64,000 bases of DNA from a virus, in IMG/VR virus record IMGVR_UViG_3300042922_000600, positions 11,239 to 75,238 of that record; one strand, written 5' to 3'. The notes beneath the pieces were generated by a model, which saw only the letters and a list, made by a program, of their open reading frames with translations, had not been told where the DNA came from and ran no database searches. Shown piece by piece: positions 30,065 through 39,289 of this stretch; the first letter of the stretch is position 1; every line of letters begins with the position of its first letter. The position numbers were made by a program, and so were the translations under genes.

Positions 30065-31807
30065 ATGGCTACTATAACAAGCGTCTATCTATCAAGAACG
30101 AGTATATGGTACAAGGATACTCAAGGAATAGAGTTTAGCTTCATTGCCGAGGGCCCAGTTGGGGTTGGGATAAAATATCGTATACTAATAAATGGTGTGG
30201 AGCTTCAGAGTAACAATGAATTCTCTGAGCCCCCACTTAATATAAGTACTACTATACCACCGGATTACTTGAATATTATAGACAATTTAGTGAGGCTGGA
30301 GATAGATTCTGAGGATAGTGTTAATACATTCTTTGAACACCTAATTGTAAAAGAGGACATAAACACACCAGTCTTCCGCAGGCAGTTTGATTTTAAAGAA
30401 GATTACATGGACCATGAAAACATTGAAGTAATAAGCGGGCAAGGAATATCCATCATAAATGTGGGTGAGGCGGAGTTTTCAATAGAAATTCCGACTGACA
30501 CACGGAGTAAATTGAAGGGGATTGACCTAGTTGAGTCACCAGGCAGTTTGTCCCTGATTCCGGTGATGTCCTCCAATGTGCAGGGTGGGTATGAGGTTAG
30601 TGCCAGCAGTGTATACAGTACCACTTACCCAGCATGGAAGGCCTTTAATGGGCTCTACACCACTGACGCTGATTCCTGGACATCCGCCAACACTGCGTGG
30701 ACGCCCCAATGGCTAATGATGAAACTACCCTACCCCCAACTTGCATTGAAGTATGGACTGCTTGGTCCCGCTACTGCCGGACATGCACCCAAGGCGTGGA
30801 GATTGGAAGGCTCACAAGACGGTATAGTGTGGGACATTCTAGACACTAGAGTAAACATTCCAATTCCTGTTACGGGTGTATGGGTGGATTATGGAATAAA
30901 AAATCCAGGCTCCTATTTATACTACCGACTGTTCATAGTAGAAAAGAACGGAGCAGTCAACTACGTGAGGGTGGGTGAGTTTCGACTAATTGGGACCAAA
31001 CTGCAATACACGGACGCATTGGGGGCCGGGTCTAAGGTTAGATTTTTAATTTCTTTGGACGGTGTTACTTATAAAACACTCATCAATGGGCAGTGGAGCA
31101 TAGTACCAAAACAAGAAATACTTAACTCGGGCCTGCACAATTTTGAGCTTTTATCAGTAACGGCAGAGCAATGGAGAGCACTTTCGGCGACTTTATTTTT
31201 AGGCAGATTTATACTACTATGTGGAATGTATAATGAGCGAGAAAACGACCCCCTGTTGCATGAGATTTCAGTAACGTTTGATGAAGTGTCAGTGGAAACG
31301 TCAGCCGGCCTGCAAATAACTACTCCAGAGGAAGGATTTAAAAAGAGTTTAGACGTTGGGTCACAGACTTATACACTAACACTGGAAACTGGAATGGCAT
31401 TTGACGATGTAAGCGTGGACTATGATATGTACACCACACCGGATAGAATAAAGCTTCGCCCCTTGAGTTTTGGTACGTTGGTAGGTGGTCACCAATCCAG
31501 TGTGATGGCAGTGGAAGTCGTAAGTGGTTATGAGACTGAGGACTTTGATGTAGAGTTAAGTGTGGCAAAGGATGGCAGAGCTGGAATACAACAGGGAAAC
31601 TATGTGCTTTTGGATGACTCCATTATTCCAGAGTACCGAACCAAAATTGAGATGTCCCTTATTGAAAATCCATTTTCTCCAATGTACCCCGTCAGGTTTA
31701 GGCTCAATGCGGGTCAAAAGAGAACTGTTTATATTAGGGTTTTGCCACAAATGGTTAACACGGGTAATGAGTTATTCCAAATAAAGTTAATAAGCAGGCC
31801 TATTTAG
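30065..31807 (+). CDS. discoidin (F5/8 type C) domain virion protein
   Basis: LIPVMSSN, SASS.Y...YPAWKAFNG, PKAWRLEGSQDG..W..LD, YYRLFI. Confidence 0.8.
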   Translation: MATITSVYLSRTSIWYKDTQGIEFSFIAEGPVGVGIKYRILINGVELQSNNEFSEPPLNISTTIPPDYLNIIDNLVRLEIDSEDSVNTFFEHLIVKEDINTPVFRRQFDFKEDYMDHENIEVISGQGISIINVGEAEFSIEIPTDTRSKLKGIDLVESPGSLSLIPVMSSNVQGGYEVSASSVYSTTYPAWKAFNGLYTTDADSWTSANTAWTPQWLMMKLPYPQLALKYGLLGPATAGHAPKAWRLEGSQDGIVWDILDTRVNIPIPVTGVWVDYGIKNPGSYLYYRLFIVEKNGAVNYVRVGEFRLIGTKLQYTDALGAGSKVRFLISLDGVTYKTLINGQWSIVPKQEILNSGLHNFELLSVTAEQWRALSATLFLGRFILLCGMYNERENDPLLHEISVTFDEVSVETSAGLQITTPEEGFKKSLDVGSQTYTLTLETGMAFDDVSVDYDMYTTPDRIKLRPLSFGTLVGGHQSSVMAVEVVSGYETEDFDVELSVAKDGRAGIQQGNYVLLDDSIIPEYRTKIEMSLIENPFSPMYPVRFRLNAGQKRTVYIRVLPQMVNTGNELFQIKLISRPI

Positions 31808-31844
31808 ATGGTCCGTTTCATAAAGGAAAGTGGGGTGAATAAGA

Positions 31845-33758
31845 TTGGATGAAATACTTACTTCCACCGCAAGGGTAAGAGGATGTGGCAGTGTGGATAA
31901 GCAAGGGACTGCAAAACTTGCCTACCGAAATGAATTAGATGTTATATTCAACGCACTCTATGGGGATGGGATAAAGAATCTTAAGGGTAAGGCAAAGATA
32001 CCATTTAAAAGAGACAGGTATAGTACTGCCATCATCAAGCCAATAGATTTTGACTTTCTATCCAGGTTTTTAATTCCCTACCAAAATGCCCTTGCAAGTA
32101 CAGTAAAGGTAGCAGGTACTTCAGAATTGGACGTGGCCTACCGACTTATTCAGTCCCCAAGGCAGGAAGAAATTTTAGTTGCAGTACAGGACACTTACAC
32201 AAGAGAGAGCAGGCCTACCCTAAATCATGGGGGCAGGGAGACTTTAATAACAGGTGTTCTTCCCGAGGGTAGTTATGTATCTTATATAGACATGGATATT
32301 TCCTTTATAAAACAGATACTCATTAATGAGGGCATGATAAATAAATCCATTGAGCTTATGTTAAACCTAGCAGTGGAGGGACTTGGGAAGATTGAAATTA
32401 TTGAGTGTTTAAATAGTTGGGATGAATATTCAGCAACATGGCTAACGCCCATGACCTTAGGTGACACATTAATGGAAATTGATGTAACCAATACAGCTAT
32501 AACGGTTGATATAGCACAGATAGTTCTTAACCTAATCCAGTCAGGAAAAACAAGGCTCAACATTGCAGTTAAGAGTGACAGTCTGTTTTTTATACGCTCA
32601 AGAGAATCAGAACTACCACCCCGCATTAGGTTTAGATATAGCGACCCTAACTGGATGGCATTTTCAGACGAATACAATATGATGAGCAGTGCCTTAATTC
32701 AAGCAAGGACGCTTAATGACTTTCCATCCATAATTAACATAATGAACAAATTTGTACTTAACTCCAGTGCAATTATAAAGAAACTTGAGGACAATCTTGC
32801 GTCCACCGCCCATGTACAAAGTGATTATGGTTACAGCAATATGAGAAGTAAGGTAATTACCAGCAAGCTGAGGAGTGACTTATACTCAAGTGCTATGGTT
32901 AAAAGTACTTTGAACTCAAATGACAAGCATTCAACCTACTATCAACCATCCATACAGCAACCGGGAACGGCTAACTTGAAGATAACAAGTGAAATGTATA
33001 GCACCACAACTATATTAAGTGAAACCATATCGAATGGTCTTGAAGGCAGGGCGGACATCCTATTGAATAGTTTGAAATCCATTGTAAATATTCTTAATAC
33101 ATTTACAATGGAATCAAGGGCAGTGTTGATTGCCTCTGATTTAAGTAACCTGAACTCTAAAGTAGAAATTTCAAAATTGGAAAATGACTTGCACTCACAG
33201 GTAATACTCCGGGAAATGAGAGGTTCCATTATGCCGGGTAGTGCTGAGATAATTGGAGGTTCTTTACTTGGTAGTTATAGACTTGGAAAGTCAACTGAGT
33301 TATCTGGGCATGCATGGATTATGGGCAGAGTGCATTCCGATATGAGCTCCACTATAACCACAGTTTCCAGAGAGATTGTGAATTTACCAAGTAAGGCAAC
33401 TATCCTCAGTTCAAGTCAGCATGACATAAGTTCGAATTTAGATATTAAGTTACCGCTGGACTTACCTGCTGTGGCATATATATTGCAGAACACCCTGTTG
33501 AACTCACACGGAATAATTAGACAGTTTGACTTATCGGAGGTAGAGAGCCATGCGTTACTTGGGTTAGCAAGGAGCTTTAATCGATTGGCAAGTGTGGCAA
33601 TTATAAGAAGACGTGAGTATAATTATTTTAGCTCCAGAGTACTAATCAATACGTCTGCACGAAAGTGGATTCCTAATGTACATGGGCAATCAACCTTCAA
33701 CTATGCGGATAGAAAATTGCCCCGCCTTTGGGTAAGAGAAAATTTTATAAATGATTAA
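31845..33758 (+). CDS. DNRLRE-domain fibre protein with S.A.I-type repeats
   Basis: QDTYTRESRPTLNHG, W.E..ATW, SRES..PP; periodic repeats flanking the domain. Confidence 0.7.
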   Translation: MDEILTSTARVRGCGSVDKQGTAKLAYRNELDVIFNALYGDGIKNLKGKAKIPFKRDRYSTAIIKPIDFDFLSRFLIPYQNALASTVKVAGTSELDVAYRLIQSPRQEEILVAVQDTYTRESRPTLNHGGRETLITGVLPEGSYVSYIDMDISFIKQILINEGMINKSIELMLNLAVEGLGKIEIIECLNSWDEYSATWLTPMTLGDTLMEIDVTNTAITVDIAQIVLNLIQSGKTRLNIAVKSDSLFFIRSRESELPPRIRFRYSDPNWMAFSDEYNMMSSALIQARTLNDFPSIINIMNKFVLNSSAIIKKLEDNLASTAHVQSDYGYSNMRSKVITSKLRSDLYSSAMVKSTLNSNDKHSTYYQPSIQQPGTANLKITSEMYSTTTILSETISNGLEGRADILLNSLKSIVNILNTFTMESRAVLIASDLSNLNSKVEISKLENDLHSQVILREMRGSIMPGSAEIIGGSLLGSYRLGKSTELSGHAWIMGRVHSDMSSTITTVSREIVNLPSKATILSSSQHDISSNLDIKLPLDLPAVAYILQNTLLNSHGIIRQFDLSEVESHALLGLARSFNRLASVAIIRRREYNYFSSRVLINTSARKWIPNVHGQSTFNYADRKLPRLWVRENFIND

Positions 33759-33767
33759 TAGTAATTA

Positions 33768-33796
33768 TTTACAATTATGCTAGGGAATGTTATAAT
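33768..33796 (+). promoter_or_regulatory. promoter TTTACA-N17-TATAAT for the lysis cassette
   Basis: hexamers read directly from sequence. Confidence 0.65.
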
Positions 33797-33902
33797 TAGT
33801 CCATAATTACAACCAAGTTAGTTAATGAGTCCTGTGGTCCCTCATTAAAAGTCCATTGGGCTCACTTTATATAACTAAAATAATAATTTTTGGGAGTGGT
33901 AT

Positions 33903-34214
33903 ATGGAAGATTGGGTGAAAGAGTACTGGGTGAAAGCTTTATTTGGTGGCATAATAAGTTGTTTCACTGCTCTAGTTGTATGGGTCAAGAAAAAATTTAA
34001 ACGCCTAGAAGCAGTTGAACTCGGGCTACAGGCTTTACTAAGGAATGAGATTATTAAAGAATATAACTATTGGATGGAAAAGGGTTATTGTCCCATTTAT
34101 GCCAAAGAAAATATTCGAAACATGTACACTCAGTATCATGGGTTAGGTCAGAATGGAGTTATGGAAAAATTATGTGAGGAAATTCTAGACTTGCCAACAG
34201 AGCCGCCAAAATAG
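33903..34214 (+). CDS. holin-like protein
   Basis: N-terminal TM; G.QALLR..I...Y...KGY, YH.LG.NG. Confidence 0.75.
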   Translation: MEDWVKEYWVKALFGGIISCFTALVVWVKKKFKRLEAVELGLQALLRNEIIKEYNYWMEKGYCPIYAKENIRNMYTQYHGLGQNGVMEKLCEEILDLPTEPPK

Positions 34215-34228
34215 AAAGGATGGGTTAG

Positions 34229-34513
34229 GTGAATAAGATGCCAATTTCAAAGATTAAGTACAAGACAGAGTTCTCAAAGAAAATTCTGTACACAGTTTGG
34301 ATTAGTACCACGATTGTTGTTGCCCTTGCATTTGTATTAATGTGGCGAACTGGTGACCTTTCACCACTAAGCTACATAATAACCGGGTTGTTCGCAGAAG
34401 TCGCGGCAAGTACTGGTTTTTACTATTGGAAGGCAAAGAATGAGAATGTAGTTAAGATAGGAAGGAGTGAGGATAATGAAAATCAATTGGAAACAAAAAT
34501 TGACATCCCGTAA
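34229..34513 (+). CDS. 2-TM lysis-cassette membrane protein
   Basis: EFSKKIL, GFYYWKAKNEN. Confidence 0.65.
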   Translation: MNKMPISKIKYKTEFSKKILYTVWISTTIVVALAFVLMWRTGDLSPLSYIITGLFAEVAASTGFYYWKAKNENVVKIGRSEDNENQLETKIDIP

Positions 34514-34694
34514 ATTTTGGGTAGCTGTAACTGGATTTTTAACTGCTTTAATGGTAGCATTCAAGGTACCGGACTTAACAATAGAGCAAGTAGTTGCAGT
34601 TATTTCAGCATGTGCAACATTGGTAGCTTATATTATCGGAGAAGGTATGGTTGATGCCTCCAGAGGTAGTAAGGGAAGTGATGACGTTGCATAA
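34476..34694 (+). CDS. holin
   Basis: NWKQKLTSRKFW, AYIIGEG.VD; two TM segments. Confidence 0.8.
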   Translation: MKINWKQKLTSRKFWVAVTGFLTALMVAFKVPDLTIEQVVAVISACATLVAYIIGEGMVDASRGSKGSDDVA

Positions 34695-35250
34695 GTTATA
34701 TGAGGGTGAGTATAAAATAACCAGTCCTTTTGGGCCAAGGGAATTACCTAATGGGGATAAAAGACCACACAAAGGAATTGATTGTGTGGGCATCGGGAAT
34801 AAAAATATAATTGCCCCCACAAATGGGAAAATTGTATCCTCCCAGATTATCACCAATAAGAGTAGCCCTTCTTGGGAATGGGGAAACTATGTTAAGATGG
34901 ATGACCTAAATGGATATCACTTATTCTTCTGCCACCTGGGTAGCAGAGCAGTAAAGACGGGTCAGCTAATAGAGAAATATGCTAGGATTGGGGTGGAAGG
35001 ATACACTGGGTATGTATATCCACAAAACTCAAACGGAAGCCACCTGCACTTTGAAGTAAGAAGAAAGTCGGATGGTGTGTCTATAGACCCCATGGAGTAC
35101 TTTAAAATACTTGCAGAGTGGGAGGCTAAGCACTTAGCAGAACTTAGGTTAAAAGTTCAGTCCACATTTGGATTTGATGACGGCACAATGAAGTTTTTCG
35201 ATGGGCATCCATACCCAGGTTCATTATTTAGTAAGATGTTGAAAAAATAG
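34681..35250 (+). CDS. endolysin, M23 peptidase
   Basis: ITSPFG.R, HKGID, GNYV, HLHFEVR; likely start ATG 34681 (track start 34651). Confidence 0.9.
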   Translation: MTLHKLYEGEYKITSPFGPRELPNGDKRPHKGIDCVGIGNKNIIAPTNGKIVSSQIITNKSSPSWEWGNYVKMDDLNGYHLFFCHLGSRAVKTGQLIEKYARIGVEGYTGYVYPQNSNGSHLHFEVRRKSDGVSIDPMEYFKILAEWEAKHLAELRLKVQSTFGFDDGTMKFFDGHPYPGSLFSKMLKK

Positions 35251-35256
35251 GTTAAT

Positions 35257-35292
35257 AAGAATAGAGCTTTGAAGTGAGGCTCTATTCTTTTT
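35257..35292 (+). terminator. intrinsic terminator ending the late region
   Basis: aagaatagagc/gctctattctt followed by T run. Confidence 0.8.
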
Positions 35293-35329
35293 ATATTTGA
35301 CGGGAGTTTAAAAGGGCTCGTTGTTTAGC

Positions 35330-35382
35330 GGTGTAGCAAATTACTTAAACTTGTTTTTCGTAGCACTGGGCTAGAATTAAGG
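35330..35382 (+). repeat. dispersed element, copy 4
   Basis: GGTGTA 43 nt before AGAATTAAGG. Confidence 0.6.
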
Positions 35383-35438
35383 TGTGTGCAAAGCGGTTCC
35401 TTACATATATTAATAGTAAAATACTAAGTAACTTGCCT

Positions 35439-35468
35439 TTTACATTTCAGGCTGACAGGTTTTATACT
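35439..35468 (+). promoter_or_regulatory. promoter TTTACA-N18-TATACT
   Basis: conserved class, see findings. Confidence 0.75.
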
Positions 35469-35484
35469 GTATAAAGGAGGTGGC

Positions 35485-37212
35485 ATGATGATAATGAATG
35501 TATCAATGGAAAAGAGAGATGCAGTGGATATGAAACATATCTGCGAATACAGTCTGTTTCTAAAGGTTCCTGACAGTAAGTACTACAAGGACAAGGTACA
35601 GGAGTTACCCAGAAAGTGGAAACATCTTTCCTCCGGTGAGATAGAAGTACCATTATTGGACATAACTAAGGTACTGAGGACCTTTGAACAGATAGAAATT
35701 GTCGGGGATATACCAGAACTTAAATTAATGAAGATGAAGCGGGATATGACAAAAAGAGAGTACTACTCAAACTTGGAGTGCGTTGAGAATTATCCAATTG
35801 AAATGCCCTTCAAAGGTGGCACTCAATTGAAACCCTACGGACACCAAATAGAAGCGTTTCACTACATGATGAATAGAAATTCATTCCTACTTGGGGACGA
35901 CATGGGACTTGGAAAAACGTTGGAGTTTATTAGCGGGTGTGAGTGGAGACGGAAAAAGTATGGGGACGATTTCAGTAAGGTTTTATATGTAACTAAGGCT
36001 GGATTGAAATATAATGTAAGGGATGAAATTAAATTCTGGCTGCCCAATGCAAATGTAGTGACAATAGAAGGTGATAGCAAAAAGCGGTTGGAGCAATTAA
36101 GAAATGTATACACATGCAAAGAGCTTGTATACTTTATTATGGGCTATGAGCAAGTTAAAAACCATATACAACAACTTGAGTTAATACCAATAGATGGCAT
36201 AGCCATAGATGAGAGCCATAAAATGAAAAATCCGAGTGGGGCTGTGTGGGGAGCATTGAGTCAGTTGAGGGATATACCATTTAAGGTAGTCATGTCCGGT
36301 ACCTACATTATAAATAACCATGAAGAGGCTTGGACGCCTTTAACTTTTATTGGTGTTGAGAGTAGGGAATTTCACCACTTCAAGTGGTCCTACTATGAGT
36401 CAGTTAAGGGTAGATATGGAAGAGAGATAACAGGTACCAGAAAATTGGATGAGTTGGGTAAGATTGTTAGGTCCAATATGCTTAGAAGAACAAAGTCGGA
36501 AGTTATGGATATGCCAGAAAAGAACTACAAGAATGTTCATGTTGAGATGGGTGGTAAGCAGACACAGATTTACAAGGCGGTAAGAGACCGGATAAAACAA
36601 GAGCTATCAGAATTGGGTATAGGTAGGGGTCTTTCCAATCCCATGGTAAAACTGCTTAGGCTAAAGCAAGTTACAACTAACCCGGAATTAATAGGTAGCG
36701 ATGCCCCAAGTGCAAAGCATGAGGAACTAATTGACATTATTTCAGATATAGTAAAAAATGGTGAGAAGGCAATTGTATTCAGTCAATTCGAGGAAGAGGC
36801 ACAAAGACTGAAGTTACTGCTTGCTGAATACAATCCTGCATATGTTACGGGAGTAGTTGCTCCACAGGACAGGAAAAAGCAGGCAGACAAATTTCAGGAA
36901 GATGATAGCTGTAAAGTATTTATTGGTACTTCCCAGTCCTGCAGAGAGGGATTGAATTTAACTGTGGCTACCTATGTAATATTTATGGACCTGGAATGGG
37001 CACCCGCCTACATAGCACAGGCAGAGGACAGAGCTTATCGTATAGGGCAAAAGAATAACGTAACAATTATTCGACTTTTGTGTAGGGGCTCCATAGATGA
37101 GTATATAGTCAATGAAGTTCTATCCCGTAAACAGCAGATTTTTGATGAAATAATAACCGGCAAGCGTGCAATTACACCAAACGAAATTAAGGACATATTA
37201 GACGCCATTTAA
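35485..37212 (+). CDS. SNF2-family helicase/translocase
   Basis: GDDMGLGKT, DESH, SGT, LRRTK, EGLNL, QAEDRAYRIGQ. Confidence 0.95.
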   Translation: MMIMNVSMEKRDAVDMKHICEYSLFLKVPDSKYYKDKVQELPRKWKHLSSGEIEVPLLDITKVLRTFEQIEIVGDIPELKLMKMKRDMTKREYYSNLECVENYPIEMPFKGGTQLKPYGHQIEAFHYMMNRNSFLLGDDMGLGKTLEFISGCEWRRKKYGDDFSKVLYVTKAGLKYNVRDEIKFWLPNANVVTIEGDSKKRLEQLRNVYTCKELVYFIMGYEQVKNHIQQLELIPIDGIAIDESHKMKNPSGAVWGALSQLRDIPFKVVMSGTYIINNHEEAWTPLTFIGVESREFHHFKWSYYESVKGRYGREITGTRKLDELGKIVRSNMLRRTKSEVMDMPEKNYKNVHVEMGGKQTQIYKAVRDRIKQELSELGIGRGLSNPMVKLLRLKQVTTNPELIGSDAPSAKHEELIDIISDIVKNGEKAIVFSQFEEEAQRLKLLLAEYNPAYVTGVVAPQDRKKQADKFQEDDSCKVFIGTSQSCREGLNLTVATYVIFMDLEWAPAYIAQAEDRAYRIGQKNNVTIIRLLCRGSIDEYIVNEVLSRKQQIFDEIITGKRAITPNEIKDILDAI

Positions 37213-37299
37213 AAATAAATAAAACTTTACAATAGGGTAGAAATATTGTATAATAGTATTGTAGTTTAGCCACAACAAATCAATATCACTGGTCAGGAG

Positions 37300-37617
37300 G
37301 TGTATAACATGATATATATAAAAGGTATGCCATACAGAAAAATTAGTGAAGTCGCTAAGATTGTTGATGTACATCCAAACACTTTACGAAATTGGGATAA
37401 ATTTGGCGACAAGCTGGAAGAAGAAGGGCAACAGAGGCCCATACCTAAGTCTTATAGACCCGGGACACGTGGTATAAGATATTGGAATGATGCTCAAATA
37501 GAAGAAATAGAGAAGTATAAGGATAAAGACAAATATGGAGAACTTGCATACTTCAATCGAGCTGAGTGGGGTGACAGAGGTAAACACTTACCTAACTATA
37601 AAAACCAACCCGATTAA
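37300..37617 (+). CDS. MerR-type HTH DNA-binding protein
   Basis: ISEVAKIVDVHPNTLRNWD; R...G.RYW. Confidence 0.8.
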   Translation: MYNMIYIKGMPYRKISEVAKIVDVHPNTLRNWDKFGDKLEEEGQQRPIPKSYRPGTRGIRYWNDAQIEEIEKYKDKDKYGELAYFNRAEWGDRGKHLPNYKNQPD

Positions 37618-37627
37618 GTTGTGTCCG

Positions 37628-37657
37628 TTTACAAAAACCCTTGAGTTGTTTTATAAT
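37628..37657 (+). promoter_or_regulatory. promoter TTTACA-N18-TATAAT
   Basis: conserved class. Confidence 0.7.
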
Positions 37658-37685
37658 GTACTAAACAACAAGGAGGCAGTATTAA

Positions 37686-38333
37686 ATGATAGAAAATGAA
37701 ATTCAGTTTAACGAGAAAGTAAAGCGGTATGCAGAAATTCACTCAATTGTGGACAAGTATACAAAAGAACTGGAAACAATAAAATCCGAACTAAAACCCT
37801 ACATGCAGGAAAAGGCACTGAAGAAAGTAACCCATGAGGGAAAGGATTTAGAGTTAATTGCACAGGACAGAAGTAAGATTGACTCGGAAAAGCTACTCAA
37901 TGTCCTAAAGAACAGACTTAGTCATTTCGAGTTGGATTTATTTAAAGTACAAAAGGAAATAAATGGTATTCAACTTACTAGCATTATGTACAAAAATGCA
38001 GAGGAGCTTGTACGTGTGGAAATGAATGGAGAGGTATTTTCAGATTTGCAGACAGCAAGAGAATACCTTATGGAACATTTCAGTTTTACAGAAGAGCAGG
38101 CACTCGACGCATTTTCAAGTGCAACTCCAATTCCAGCATCAGATAAATATGATTTATGGAATTCCATTAAGAAGTGCATTGAGATAAAAGAAATACCAAA
38201 TGAGGACGCTGTTAAGGAAGCTGTATCGTTAGGCTCACTTACAATGTCCGACATTGCAGATGCGACAATAGTTAATATAACTTATGCATTGATGATGAAA
38301 AAGCCGAAGAGTGGGCCTAAGTCAGAAAAATAG
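37686..38333 (+). CDS. hypothetical coiled-coil protein
   Basis: own promoter and terminator. Confidence 0.65.
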   Translation: MIENEIQFNEKVKRYAEIHSIVDKYTKELETIKSELKPYMQEKALKKVTHEGKDLELIAQDRSKIDSEKLLNVLKNRLSHFELDLFKVQKEINGIQLTSIMYKNAEELVRVEMNGEVFSDLQTAREYLMEHFSFTEEQALDAFSSATPIPASDKYDLWNSIKKCIEIKEIPNEDAVKEAVSLGSLTMSDIADATIVNITYALMMKKPKSGPKSEK

Positions 38334-38357
38334 CATACATTTTAATATACCCCCATT

Positions 38358-38400
38358 AAATACCGTTAAGGGTTGGCGACCTATAGCGGTATTTATTTTT
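38358..38400 (+). terminator. intrinsic terminator
   Basis: aaataccgtta/tagcggtattt followed by T tract. Confidence 0.7.
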
Positions 38401-38421
38401 GCCTGAACGGAAGAAATTCGC

Positions 38422-38451
38422 TTTACATTAAGGGTAGATTGGCTTTATACT
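38422..38451 (+). promoter_or_regulatory. promoter TTTACA-N18-TATACT
   Basis: conserved class. Confidence 0.75.
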
Positions 38452-38478
38452 GCAATACAAAATAATTTTGTTTAGGAG

Positions 38479-38688
38479 GTGTTAGACATGGCGAGCTTAA
38501 GAAGAATTAAGGTTGGTTTGGGCATTACCGCTCAAATTGGGACACAGTACATAAAGCCATCTGCAGAGGTGGAATTGGTATTAACTGGTGATGAAACAAA
38601 AGAGGAAATTGACAAGGTTTGGGAACAGGGATGGAATGCATGTAGTAGGGAAGTTGAAAGAGTTATAACAGAATATGCCAAAGACTAA
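38479..38688 (+). CDS. hypothetical protein (likely start 38488)
   Basis: AGGAGGTG RBS; terminator at 38687-38714. Confidence 0.6.
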   Translation: MLDMASLRRIKVGLGITAQIGTQYIKPSAEVELVLTGDETKEEIDKVWEQGWNACSREVERVITEYAKD

Positions 38689-38734
38689 AATTAGCTGATT
38701 TACAGCTAATTTTTATCATGCAAAGGAGGATAAT

Positions 38735-39289
38735 ATGAAGTTAGATGGCATTGAGTTATATGGTACTGAATTATCTCACTACATACTTAGAAAAATATCC
38801 AAATTGGAACAAGAGATGATATATGACAGGACAAAAAAGTATATAAAAATAGATATACACATAGTGGACTTTTGTAGTCCCATGCACTTAAATTTTGGCA
38901 AAAGAGAGTTACCAGAGCCAGACAACTACAAGTCCTTTTTAGAGTGTGAGGAGTTCACTAGGGGTAATTTGTTGCACCTTCCCATGGAACTGGCGATGAA
39001 ACTTAGTTCAGAGCAATTGAAGTTGTACTGCTACTTGATGGGAATTGCCCATTACTTTGACTTTTATGAACTTGATTGGCTAAAGGTGTGTGATAACTAT
39101 ATGGGCAACTGGAGGGACTTCTTTAGTATGGTTAAGGAGTTACAGGGCATGACATTATCCCACGCATATTTTGATTACCCAGTACTAATAACTGAATTAT
39201 CCAATACACAACTTAGTATAATAATTGACGCAAAGGATAAGGAGGAGGCATATGAACTACTTCAAAAATACCGCAGAATTGTCGCTTAA
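38735..39289 (+). CDS. hypothetical protein, possibly replication-associated
   Basis: LS.EQLKLYCYL resembles winged-HTH initiator N-termini. Confidence 0.5.
   Translation: MKLDGIELYGTELSHYILRKISKLEQEMIYDRTKKYIKIDIHIVDFCSPMHLNFGKRELPEPDNYKSFLECEEFTRGNLLHLPMELAMKLSSEQLKLYCYLMGIAHYFDFYELDWLKVCDNYMGNWRDFFSMVKELQGMTLSHAYFDYPVLITELSNTQLSIIIDAKDKEEAYELLQKYRRIVA

Noticed and set aside
33822-33857. Confident preQ1-I riboswitch call
   Set aside because: The A-rich tail is short and can be consumed by stem extension; kept only as a speculative structured leader.
38503-38512. AGAATTAAGG inside ORF 38479
   Set aside because: No upstream box at -43 and no matching hairpin; probably chance.
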